A DNA stretch of 64,000 bases from NCBI GenBank assembly GCA_963812685.1, contig CAWEWI010000004.1, forward strand, positions 650,220 through 714,219, read 5' to 3'. The stretch comes from an uncultured Acidobacteriaceae bacterium. GTDB lineage: Bacteria > Acidobacteriota > Terriglobia > Terriglobales > Acidobacteriaceae. Below are positions 19,573 to 28,447 of the stretch, piece after piece. Within the stretch, counting starts at the first letter, position 1, and each line of letters opens with the position of its first letter. A model generated the notes under the pieces. That model was given only the letters and a program-made list of their open reading frames with translations, was not told the DNA's origin and ran no database searches. The position numbers and the translations under genes were made by a program.

Positions 19573-22500
19573 CTACCCCTGAATGTCGAATTGCTCCGGT
19601 GGGAGCGCAGGATCGCTCTTCACCAGGATGGTTTTGCCGATCATCTCCTCGAGCTCATTCAGCCATTTCGCGTTGTTGGCTTTGAGCACCTTAACGACCT
19701 CGGGGTGAACGCGCAGCAGGACGTCGCCGCGCTCGAAATGCCGCATCATTTTGCGCATCTCGGTCCAGAGCTCGTTGGCCACGGTGATCGGACTCTTCAC
19801 CATGCCGGTTCCGGTACAGGTAGGACAGGGCACGCTCAGGGTACGCTCCAGCGACTGCTTGACGCGCTTGCGGGTGATCGCCACCAGGCCAAAATCATTG
19901 AACTGGAGAACCTTGGAGGGGGCGCGATCGACCTTAAGCGCATCTTCGAGAGCCTGCGTCACCTTCTGCCGGTTGCGGCGCTCGTCCATGTCGATGAAAT
20001 CGATCACGATGATGCCGCCGAGGTCGCGCAGGCGAACCTGGCGAACAATCTCCGGAATGGCGTCGAGGTTGGTTTTCAGGATCGTGTCCTCGAGCCGCGC
20101 AGTCTTGCCGACATACTTGCCGGTGTTGATGTCGATCGCCACCAGCGCTTCAGTCTGATTGATGACGATGGAGCCGCCCGACTTGAGCCAGACCTTCGAC
20201 TTGAGAGCCTTGCTGATCTCCTCCTGGATGCCGAACTGCTCAAAGAGCGGCGTCTCTTTGGTGTAGAGCTTCACGCGCCGCACCAGCGAAGGCTGGAAGC
20301 GATTCAGGAAGCGCACGATGCGCTCGTATTCCGACTCGCTGTCGACCCAGATCGTGGAGAAGTTATCGCTGACCTGGTCGCGCAGGATGCGCTCGATCAG
20401 GTTGAGGTCGTGGTAAATCAGCGCCGGCGCTTTGGCGGCATCGGAACGCTGCTTGATTTCGTTCCACAGGTTGATCAGGAAACGAATGTCGGCGCGGAGA
20501 TCCTCTTCGCTCGCACTCTCGGCCGCGGTGCGCACGATGAATCCGCCAGAAGCGCTTCCCTTCTCGCTGATCAGGATTCTCTTGAGCCGCTGGCGCTCCT
20601 CGTCGGAGTCGATCTTGCGCGAAACACCAACGTGGTTCACCGTCGGCATGAAGACGAGGAAGCGTCCTGGCAGGGCAATGTGGCTGGTGATACGTGCACC
20701 CTTGCGGGCAATAGGCTCTTTGGCGATCTGGACCAGGATTTCCTGCCCCTGCTTGAGCAGCTCGCTGATGATCGGCAGATTCGAGGTTTGCATGCTGGAG
20801 CGGCGGCCACCCTGGCGGCGACCCGGCGGGCGACCTCCCCGGCCTCCGCGGCGACCGAAGCGGCGATCGGGGCGACGAGCCTGCGATCCGGTGGTTTCAG
20901 CCGTGGTGGCGGTTTCCTCCGGGCCTTCGTCGGTAAGGACGATGGTTTCGTCCTCGTCAGTCTCCTCAGAATCCTGAAGATCCTCTTCTTCCGTTTCGGC
21001 GAAGCCTGTTTCCAGGTCGTCGGTCGCTTCTTCCTCGGAAGCCTCAGCTGATGTGCCGTAGCCGAGGCGCTTATCGATGTGATCCTCGCGCACCGCGTCG
21101 CCGAGGGTGGAGGCCTGGTCGAGCGTTTCTTCCTCCATCTCCTCGTTCAGGTGCTCCTCGGGCTGGCCGGGAATCGGTTCGAAATCGTATTCGTCCTCGT
21201 CGATGGTCTCTTCTTCGAGGACCCCCATGCCGGGCGCGTATCCGAAGAGCTGGCGGACAACTTCGCTCTCCGGAGAGATGGTCTCACTCGCCGGAGCGGT
21301 CGGCGGTTCGGGAATCGAGGCGAGCGTCTCGGAGACCCCGGCCACCTCCGACTCACTGGGCGGGAAGGACGCTGGTGCTTCGACCTCCTCTTCGACGATT
21401 TCCGGTTCGTCTTCCTCTACGGAAGCGAAACGAAGTTCGCTGCGCGGCGACTCGACGCGATGCGAGGCGGAAGCGTCTTCCGGCTCGTACTCATGGACCT
21501 CTTCGATCGTCTCGACCCGCAAATCCTGGGGCGCTGCCTCTTCCTCCGAAGCGAACGCCGGCCTGACGGCCGTGGGTTCGAGAGCCTGGATAGCTGCGGA
21601 GTGCAGCGGCTCTGGCTCCTCAACCGGCGCGAAGCGGGATGCGACGCGGGGCTCGTCGACCGCCGATTGTGTCGCAACTGGCTGGCGGTATTCCTCTCTC
21701 GGACCTGCGTTCCGATGACGGGAAAGCGTCTCGCCCGGCAGCACTGCGCCGCCATCCCAACCCGTGGGAACATCGACCAGGGTGGAGGGTTTGGCGCTGC
21801 CGCGGATGGGCGCGGGCCCACGACTCGGGGCTGACGACGAGCTCGCTCGCGATTCCGTGCGGCCGCCGTATTTCGAAAGGGACTCTCCGGGCAATACGAT
21901 GGGAAGGTTCTGCGCAGGCACTCCGCCGGGGGCTCCGCGCTCCGGACGTGCAACAGGCTCGGCCGAAATGGCCTCTTCGACGACTTCCGGGGATTCCAGT
22001 GGGCGCTGTTCGGCTCGTCCATCCGGGCGGGCATCACGTCCGCGGAAGCGCCGGCCGCGGCGCCCGTGCCAGCGACGCGTTCCCGGCTCATCGCCGCGCT
22101 CGCTCCGGTCCTGGTTTCTCTCGTTGCGGCGCGGAGGAGCTTCCGCCGCCGAAAAGTCGGTACTCGGTTCCGCGGCCGCCGCGGCGGGCTCGCGCTGATC
22201 GCGGTGCTCGCGCGGCCTGCGGCCATTGCCGGTGGCCTCGCTCCGGTCAAATTCCGCAGAGTCTTCCTCCTGCTCTTCGAGGAAATCCGTGACGTAGAGG
22301 AACGCGTCGCGCTCCAGTCCCACGTCGACAAATGCGGACTGCATTCCGGGAAGGACCCGGGTGACTCGGCCCTTATAAATAGAGCCGGCTAGTGTGTATT
22401 CGTTTTCGCGCTCGTAGTAGATTTCCGCGAGCTGATCGTCTTCAAGAATCGCAAGCCGCGTTTCATGCGGCGTGCTGGATATGCAAATCTCTTTTGCCAT
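19573..22500 (-). CDS. rne: ribonuclease E/G family endoribonuclease with about 500-aa low-complexity insertion inside the S1 domain
   Basis: N-terminus GSIYKGRVTRVLPGMQSAFVDVGLERDAFLYV (first half of S1). After the insertion come ISELLKQGQEILVQIAKEPIARKGARITSHIALPGRFLVFMP, the DNase I-like core (LVAIDINTG) and a CPTCTGTG zinc link. Confidence 0.9.
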   Translation of the reverse strand: MAKEICISSTPHETRLAILEDDQLAEIYYERENEYTLAGSIYKGRVTRVLPGMQSAFVDVGLERDAFLYVTDFLEEQEEDSAEFDRSEATGNGRRPREHRDQREPAAAAAEPSTDFSAAEAPPRRNERNQDRSERGDEPGTRRWHGRRGRRFRGRDARPDGRAEQRPLESPEVVEEAISAEPVARPERGAPGGVPAQNLPIVLPGESLSKYGGRTESRASSSSAPSRGPAPIRGSAKPSTLVDVPTGWDGGAVLPGETLSRHRNAGPREEYRQPVATQSAVDEPRVASRFAPVEEPEPLHSAAIQALEPTAVRPAFASEEEAAPQDLRVETIEEVHEYEPEDASASHRVESPRSELRFASVEEDEPEIVEEEVEAPASFPPSESEVAGVSETLASIPEPPTAPASETISPESEVVRQLFGYAPGMGVLEEETIDEDEYDFEPIPGQPEEHLNEEMEEETLDQASTLGDAVREDHIDKRLGYGTSAEASEEEATDDLETGFAETEEEDLQDSEETDEDETIVLTDEGPEETATTAETTGSQARRPDRRFGRRGGRGGRPPGRRQGGRRSSMQTSNLPIISELLKQGQEILVQIAKEPIARKGARITSHIALPGRFLVFMPTVNHVGVSRKIDSDEERQRLKRILISEKGSASGGFIVRTAAESASEEDLRADIRFLINLWNEIKQRSDAAKAPALIYHDLNLIERILRDQVSDNFSTIWVDSESEYERIVRFLNRFQPSLVRRVKLYTKETPLFEQFGIQEEISKALKSKVWLKSGGSIVINQTEALVAIDINTGKYVGKTARLEDTILKTNLDAIPEIVRQVRLRDLGGIIVIDFIDMDERRNRQKVTQALEDALKVDRAPSKVLQFNDFGLVAITRKRVKQSLERTLSVPCPTCTGTGMVKSPITVANELWTEMRKMMRHFERGDVLLRVHPEVVKVLKANNAKWLNELEEMIGKTILVKSDPALPPEQFDIQG

Positions 22501-22861
22501 TCCGCCTCAATATCGCCAGGGCGGAACGAGCCGGATTGCCGGGGAGGCTCAGGAGGTTAAAGACAAGCGGCCGGGAGAGTGCGCGCACCAACCCGTACCG
22601 CCTCGCCCTGCTCCGATTCGGGAGCTCTGGGGGGAGAAGGCCGGGGAAAGTTCGCTGGGAATTTGCATTCTTTCCGGAGAGTTGTCCGCGCGCATAGAGT
22701 TTGTGACCGCTTCAGCCGTCTCAAGTGGCGGGGCCGTTACCCGTCTCTGCGCGCTCATTCCTGATCCTGCCCGGCCCGTTTTCGATCCACCTGGCCGGTT
22801 AATAACTTCGTTCAAAACTGCGCCCGCCCTGCGGGCCTTACTGCAAAAAATCCGTTCCGCC

Positions 22862-23962
22862 TTAGTTCACGAAGCGGCTCATGCGGACATTCATGACCAT
22901 GCCCAAAGCCAGGAACGTGAACAATACCGAGGATCCCCCGTAGCTCATAAGAGGGAGGGGAATGCCGGTAACCGGCATCAGCCCCAGAACCATTCCGACG
23001 TTGACGGCGATCTGGAAAATCAGCACCGCCGCCACCCCCATCACCAGGAACGAACCTGGCAGGTCCGCGGCTGTCTGAGCGTTTTGAATCAAACGCATCA
23101 GTATTAGAAAGTATATCAGGAGCACGAGGATCGCGCCCACGAAGCCGTGCTCTTCGCTGAACGCGGCGAAGATGAAATCCGTATAAGGGATCGGCAGGAA
23201 GTCCCCCTGCGTCTGCGTCCCCTGGTTGGCCCCCCGCCCGAAAACCCCGCCGTCGCCGACCGCAATCTTGGACTGGAGAATCTGATAACCGGTGCCACGC
23301 GGATCCGCATCCGGATTCATAAAGCTGGTGAGCCGCTGCTTCTGATAGGGCTTGAGGATCTTCCCGCTTTTCCATACCACGCCCACCGCGACGAGCATGA
23401 CCAACACCAGAATGCCGCCTTTGCGCCAGTCAATTCCGCCGAGGAATAAGCCCACCAGCAGCACCGGCGTGTAGGTCAGCGCTGTGCCCAGGTCGGGTTG
23501 CTTCAGAACCAGCAACATCGGAAGCGCCACAAAGCCGATGGCCTTGAAGATATCCTTCCAGGTCGGTTCCCGGCTGGCGAGGTTGGTGAAAAAGCGGGCC
23601 ACGAGCACGATCAGCACCAGCTTCACCCACTCGGATGGCTGGAAGTGCGCGCCGCCGGGAAGCTTGATCCACCGCTTGCCGCCATTCACGCGGGTTCCGA
23701 CCGCCAGCACGGCCACCAGCGACACAAGGCAGAATCCGTAGATCCAGTAAATGGCGCTCAGCAGTTTGTGGTAGTCGATGATCGACATGATGAACATCGC
23801 CACAAGACCACCGAGGATCCAGAGAATCTGCATTCTCTGGAAGCCATGAAACTTGGTGTGGAGCGTGGCGCTGTAGATTTCGAGCACGCTGATGATCGAC
23901 AACATCATCACAAAGCCGAGCAGCGTCCAGTCAAAATCGCGGAGGGAGAGAAAGCGGCGCAT
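22862..23962 (-). CDS. rodA: rod shape-determining protein RodA (SEDS family peptidoglycan polymerase)
   Basis: Ten-TM FtsW/RodA/SpoVE-type sequence with QPSEWVKL, DLGTAL, GRGANQGTQTQGDFLPIPYTDFIFAAFSEEHGF and PVTGIPLPLMSYGGSS. Confidence 0.9.
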   Translation of the reverse strand: MRRFLSLRDFDWTLLGFVMMLSIISVLEIYSATLHTKFHGFQRMQILWILGGLVAMFIMSIIDYHKLLSAIYWIYGFCLVSLVAVLAVGTRVNGGKRWIKLPGGAHFQPSEWVKLVLIVLVARFFTNLASREPTWKDIFKAIGFVALPMLLVLKQPDLGTALTYTPVLLVGLFLGGIDWRKGGILVLVMLVAVGVVWKSGKILKPYQKQRLTSFMNPDADPRGTGYQILQSKIAVGDGGVFGRGANQGTQTQGDFLPIPYTDFIFAAFSEEHGFVGAILVLLIYFLILMRLIQNAQTAADLPGSFLVMGVAAVLIFQIAVNVGMVLGLMPVTGIPLPLMSYGGSSVLFTFLALGMVMNVRMSRFVN

Positions 23963-24061
23963 AAGACTACGAAATGCCTATGAATGGGTGGTAATTCAGG
24001 TTCTGCACTGAGAACTTGGTTTGATTATCGCACCGGTCGATGGGATTGGCGGTAATCACGT

Positions 24062-24138
24062 TGGTGGGCAGTGCAGGGCTCGAACCTGCGACCTCCTGCT
24101 TGTAAGGCAGGCGCTCTAACCAGCTGAGCTAACCGCCC
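24062..24138 (-). tRNA. tRNA-Val (anticodon TAC), CCA encoded
   Basis: The reverse complement reads GGGCGGT-TA-GCTC-AGCTGGTTA-GAGC-G-CCTGC-CTTACAA-GCAGG-AGGTC-GCAGG-TTCGAGC-CCTGC-ACTGCCC-A-CCA. This is a full cloverleaf of 77 nt. Confidence 0.93.
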
Positions 24139-24231
24139 GCATCCCCTGCACCGCGACTCGGAGTCGCATGCAAAAACCGGGCACCGGGACGATTTTATCA
24201 GTGGGGCGCCAGGCATCCGGATCGAGGCCCG

Positions 24232-24369
24232 CTATTTCGCTTCGGGCTCGCGCCGCTGCTTGATGAAGGCATGAATCTCGTGCGAGATGAACTCGGCACC
24301 CAGCAGGACCGCTGCTCCGATCGTGAAAATAAGCCAGACAGTGCCGATCCCAAACTTGACTTGATCCAT
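24232..24369 (-). CDS. possible small single-TM membrane protein (45 aa)
   Basis: MDQVKFGIGTVWLIFTIGAAVLLGAEFISHEIHAFIKQRREPEAK has one clear hydrophobic helix. No convincing SD and no family recognised. Confidence 0.3.
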   Translation of the reverse strand: MDQVKFGIGTVWLIFTIGAAVLLGAEFISHEIHAFIKQRREPEAK

Positions 24370-24527
24370 ACCGCGTTGCCAGCTCTTTCTTTTGTAACCT
24401 TGCTGCAATCTCAGTGTATGGATTGCGTTTCCGATCCCCCATAGCACCTCAGTACCAGGGGCGCGAACACCGGCGTCAGACGTGACTCCCCGTTTTTAGT
24501 ACGCGGAACCCCACTTTTTGCAGTCAC

Positions 24528-25196
24528 TTACGCGACGTGCCTCGAATCCCGTGCCTGGACGAGCAAAACGCGGACCTCGGCGTCGGTGGTCTGATCGAAG
24601 TTACGATAGAACTCCCCGACTGCGTGGAAGGGTTCCGGGGTCTCCAGGCAAACAACCTGATCGGCCTCGCGACGCAGCTCATCGCGGGTGCTGGTCGCGG
24701 CGACTGGCACAGCAACCAGGATACGCCGGGTGACCGGACGCAGGGCGCGAACCGCAGCCGTCATGGTGGCTCCGGTGGCCAGACCATCATCGACGAGGAT
24801 GGCGGCACGCCCCTGGAGTCGAGCGGGCGGACGGCCGTCGCGGTAAGCGGCCTCCCGGCGCACGATTTCAAGTCGTTCCCGCGCAACAACGGCGTCGACG
24901 GTTTCCTGCTGAATGCTGAAAGCGGCGATTACGTCGGACTGCAGCACGACCATCCCTCCGCTGGCGATCGCCCCCATAGCCAGTTCTTCCTGGCCAGGAA
25001 CGCCAAGTTTCCGCACCACAAAAACATCCAGAGGAAGATGGAGCCCGTGGGCGATCTCGAAAGCCACGGGAACACCGCCGCGCGGCAGCCCCAGCACGAT
25101 CGCGTCTCCGGCACTCAGCTCATCGTGAAGTTCGTCGCGAAGCACCTGGGCCAGCGCGAGGCCAGCCTGCCGCCGATCCTGAAAGATGATGACCAC
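24528..25196 (-). CDS. phosphoribosyltransferase family protein
   Basis: IVLGLPRGGVPVAFEIA and the PRPP-binding loop ILVDDGLATGATM. Confidence 0.85.
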   Translation of the reverse strand: MVIIFQDRRQAGLALAQVLRDELHDELSAGDAIVLGLPRGGVPVAFEIAHGLHLPLDVFVVRKLGVPGQEELAMGAIASGGMVVLQSDVIAAFSIQQETVDAVVARERLEIVRREAAYRDGRPPARLQGRAAILVDDGLATGATMTAAVRALRPVTRRILVAVPVAATSTRDELRREADQVVCLETPEPFHAVGEFYRNFDQTTDAEVRVLLVQARDSRHVA

Positions 25197-25317
25197 CTGC
25201 CACCTCTTCCAGCCTGATTGTTCTCCAGAGAGCCGTCATCCGCAATGGATTTCAGGAACTTTTGCCGATTCCCCGCGTATCCTGACCCCAGCCGCATCAG
25301 CGCGCCCGCGCCCACTC

Positions 25318-26931
25318 ATGAGCACACTCTCCGTCCAAAATTCCGCTTCTTCAGAACAGCAGGAAAGCTTTCGCCGCTTTGTCGGGATCTGTCTCGCCAT
25401 GGCGGCCGTCAAGCTGGCCATCCAGATCATCGGCAACATCCTCGCGCAGCGTGCCGGCTACGGCATCTTTCGCGACGAAATGTATTACCTCATCTGCGGA
25501 CGACACCTGGCCTTCGGCTATGTAGACCAGCCGCCCATGGTCGCCCTGCAGGCGCGCCTTACCGAGATCCTCTTCGGCTACGATCACATGTGGTCACTCC
25601 GGCTCATCTCCGGAATCGCCGGCGCATTCAAGGTGTTTCTCACCGGAGCGCTGGTGTGGGCCATGGGAGGCAGGCGCGCCGCCGCTGCGCTCGCTATGCT
25701 GGGCGTCACGGTCGCGGGCGTCTACCTGGGCATCGACAGCTATCTCTCGATGAATTCCTTCGAGCCCGTCTTCTGGCTGCCCTGCGCGCTCGCCCTCATT
25801 CGCATCGTCCAGGCGGAGTCCCTCCCGAATCCGGAGCGCGTCGTCAGGAACTGGTGGATCGTGCTCGGCGTAAGCGCCGGCCTCGGCCTCGAAAACAAGG
25901 CCAATGAAATTTTCTTCCTTGTCGCGGTGCTGATCGCCCTGGTGCTCACGCCGCAGCGCAGGATTCTCGCCAGCCGCTGGTTCGGGGTGGCCGTAGCCAT
26001 CATGGTCGCGCTCGCGCTGCCCAATCTTCTCTGGCAGATTCACAACCACTGGCCCACCCTCGAATGGCTGATCGGCATTTCGAAAAGCAATAAGGATGTA
26101 AAGCTGCCGCCGCTGCGGTTCCTGCTGGCTCAGTTGATGACGCTGACCCCGTGGACTGTATTCCTGTGGCTACCCGGCGTGATTTGGCTGCTGGTCAGCA
26201 AAACCGCGCGGCCGTTCCGTTTCCTCGGCGTCCTCTACCTCGTCTACCTTCCCATGATGATGCTCCTGCACGCCAAGGACTACTACCTCGTGCCGGTGTA
26301 TCCCATCTATTTTGCGGCGGGCGCGATGTCCTGGCTGCCGGTGCACTCAAAGAGCACCGTGCGCATGGTTCGGGCGAGTGGGTATGCATTGCTGCTGGTC
26401 GTGGGATGTGTCCTCACCTTTACCTTTTCCGTTCCCGTCCTGTCTCCGCAGAAGTTCGTCGCCTGGTCGAAGACAATGCACTTTCAGCCGAAAGACAGTG
26501 AAAATCATGACGCGACCATCCTGCCGCAGTTTTATGCGGATCGCTTCGGCTGGCACGAAATGGTCGAGAAAGTCGCAGCCATCTACAACGCGCTCCCGCC
26601 CAACGAGCGCGCGGTCACCGGCATCTACACCGGCAATTACGGTGAGGCCAGCGCGATTAATCTGTTCGGGCCGAGGTACGGGTTGCCCGTCGCCATCAGC
26701 GGCCACCAGACCTACTGGCTCTGGGGGCCGCACGGTTATACCGGCCAGGAAACGATCATCATCAACGGCGCGAAGCTCGCGGACATGAAGCCTTACTACG
26801 CCTCCTGCATCGTGGCCGGCAGGACGGACAATCCTCTCTCGATGCCGTGGGAGAAGAACCTCATCTTCCTTTGCCGTGGCAGAAAAGCCACATTTGAGGC
26901 AGACTGGAAGGACTTCAAGTACTACTACTGA
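25318..26931 (+). CDS. ArnT/PMT-like glycosyltransferase (GT39/GT83-type, multi-TM)
   Basis: RDEMYYLICGRHLAFGYVDQPPM is the typical DE-x-YY first loop of 4-amino-arabinose/mannosyl transferases, with more than 10 hydrophobic helices. ATG at 25318 is preferred over 25186. Confidence 0.75.
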   Translation: MSTLSVQNSASSEQQESFRRFVGICLAMAAVKLAIQIIGNILAQRAGYGIFRDEMYYLICGRHLAFGYVDQPPMVALQARLTEILFGYDHMWSLRLISGIAGAFKVFLTGALVWAMGGRRAAAALAMLGVTVAGVYLGIDSYLSMNSFEPVFWLPCALALIRIVQAESLPNPERVVRNWWIVLGVSAGLGLENKANEIFFLVAVLIALVLTPQRRILASRWFGVAVAIMVALALPNLLWQIHNHWPTLEWLIGISKSNKDVKLPPLRFLLAQLMTLTPWTVFLWLPGVIWLLVSKTARPFRFLGVLYLVYLPMMMLLHAKDYYLVPVYPIYFAAGAMSWLPVHSKSTVRMVRASGYALLLVVGCVLTFTFSVPVLSPQKFVAWSKTMHFQPKDSENHDATILPQFYADRFGWHEMVEKVAAIYNALPPNERAVTGIYTGNYGEASAINLFGPRYGLPVAISGHQTYWLWGPHGYTGQETIIINGAKLADMKPYYASCIVAGRTDNPLSMPWEKNLIFLCRGRKATFEADWKDFKYYY

Positions 26932-27003
26932 ACCGAGGTCCCGGCACACCTGGATAGCGCGCTTGAGCGGTCTGTTCATGGCACAGCACCCGATCTGCCC
27001 CGG

Positions 27004-28350
27004 GTGCTGAACACCTCGCACGCCACTGCCATCGTGGTGGGCACCATCATCGGCAGCGGAATTTTTCTCGTTCCCCAGGAAATGATGCGCGCCACCGGCT
27101 CGTCGAGCCTGGTGTATCTGGCGTGGATCGCCGGCGGGCTGCTCTCGCTCTTCGGCGCGATGACCTATGCGGAGCTGAGCACCCTGCTCCCCTACGCCGG
27201 CGGCGAGTACGTGTATATCCGCGGGGTCTATGGCGACCTGCCGGCATTTCTCTACATGTGGACGTGGTTCGCCGTGGCCAAGCCTGCCTCGATCGCCAGT
27301 GTGACCACGGGCCTGGCGCGCACGCTCGCGATCTTTCCCGCGCTACACTGGCTCGACGGCACCGCCCTGCACATCCCGTTTGCCGTGCTGTGGTCGCAGA
27401 TCTTCGCTATCGTCGCGACGTGGCTCATCACAGGGCTCAATTATCTGGGCATTCGCAGGGCCAGCGATTTTCAGCTCGTCTTCACGTGGCTCAAGGGTGT
27501 ACTGATCGTCGCCATCGCCGGAATCTGTTTCGGGTCGATGGCCGGGCACTGGGCCAACTTCACGACATCGTTCCTGGGCGCGCGCGGAGGGTTCGGCGGA
27601 TTCATGATCGCGCTGATCGCCGCGCTCTGGGCCTACGACGGCTGGAACGACCTCACCATGGTGGCGGGCGAGGTGCGCAATCCGGAACGCAGTTTGCCCA
27701 TTGCTCTGATCGCCGGGCTGGGCATCGTCGGGGTGCTGTACATGGCGACCAACGCGGCCATTCAGTACATTTTGCCGGCATCGCAGATCGCAGCCTCACC
27801 GCGTCCAGCCGTGACGGCTTTGGCGGCCATCACCGGACCCTGGGGCGCCGGCCTGGTTTCCATCGCCATGGCGGTCAGCATCTTTGTCACATTGAACGGC
27901 ACGATCATGTCCGGCGCGCGCGTTCCCTTCGCCGCGGCGCGCGATGGGCTCTTCTTCCGGCGTATGGCCGATATCAGTCCGCGCTTCGCCAGCCCTTCAA
28001 CATCGCTCGTCGTGCAGGCGCTGCTGACCACCGGGTTGCTGCTCGCCGTCGGTCGTTTCCAGCAACTCTTTGAGCTAGCCATCTTCGCCGAGTGGCTCTT
28101 CTACATGATCACCGCGACGACCATCTTCTTCTATCGAAGGCGCGAAACCGGCGAGAAGGTTTACCACGTGTGGGGATACCCGGTCATTCCCGCGCTTTTC
28201 GTCGCAGCGGCAGCGGTGTTGCTGGTCTACTCCTACGCGGAGAACTTGAAGAATTCGCTCATCGGGACATTGATCATTCTGCTGGGGGTGCCGTTGTTTG
28301 CGGCTTTCCGGAAAAGCGCCGCAACAACCCGAGATCGACCGGAGACATAG
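27004..28350 (+). CDS. APC superfamily amino acid permease
   Basis: ATAIVVGTIIGSGIF in TM1 and 12 TM-like segments. The N-terminus from GTG 27004 is unusually short. An out-of-frame ATG at 26978 could be the real start if one C is missing from the ccc run at 26989-26991 (speculative). Confidence 0.85.
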   Translation: MLNTSHATAIVVGTIIGSGIFLVPQEMMRATGSSSLVYLAWIAGGLLSLFGAMTYAELSTLLPYAGGEYVYIRGVYGDLPAFLYMWTWFAVAKPASIASVTTGLARTLAIFPALHWLDGTALHIPFAVLWSQIFAIVATWLITGLNYLGIRRASDFQLVFTWLKGVLIVAIAGICFGSMAGHWANFTTSFLGARGGFGGFMIALIAALWAYDGWNDLTMVAGEVRNPERSLPIALIAGLGIVGVLYMATNAAIQYILPASQIAASPRPAVTALAAITGPWGAGLVSIAMAVSIFVTLNGTIMSGARVPFAAARDGLFFRRMADISPRFASPSTSLVVQALLTTGLLLAVGRFQQLFELAIFAEWLFYMITATTIFFYRRRETGEKVYHVWGYPVIPALFVAAAAVLLVYSYAENLKNSLIGTLIILLGVPLFAAFRKSAATTRDRPET

Positions 28351-28447
28351 CCTGACAACCTAAACTGCGCCCGCCCGGCTCCTCGCTCCGAGCTCTGGCT
28401 ACCAGCCGCAGGCTGCAGGCTGCGGGCTTCACCGCCAGGACGCTCGG

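Noticed and set aside
23963-24527. tRNA-Val as an integration hotspot or genomic-island boundary.
   Set aside because: No integrase is present, I could find no direct repeat of the tRNA 3' end, and the flanks are core genes (rodA, a phosphoribosyltransferase). Only a doubtful 45-aa ORF lies beside it.
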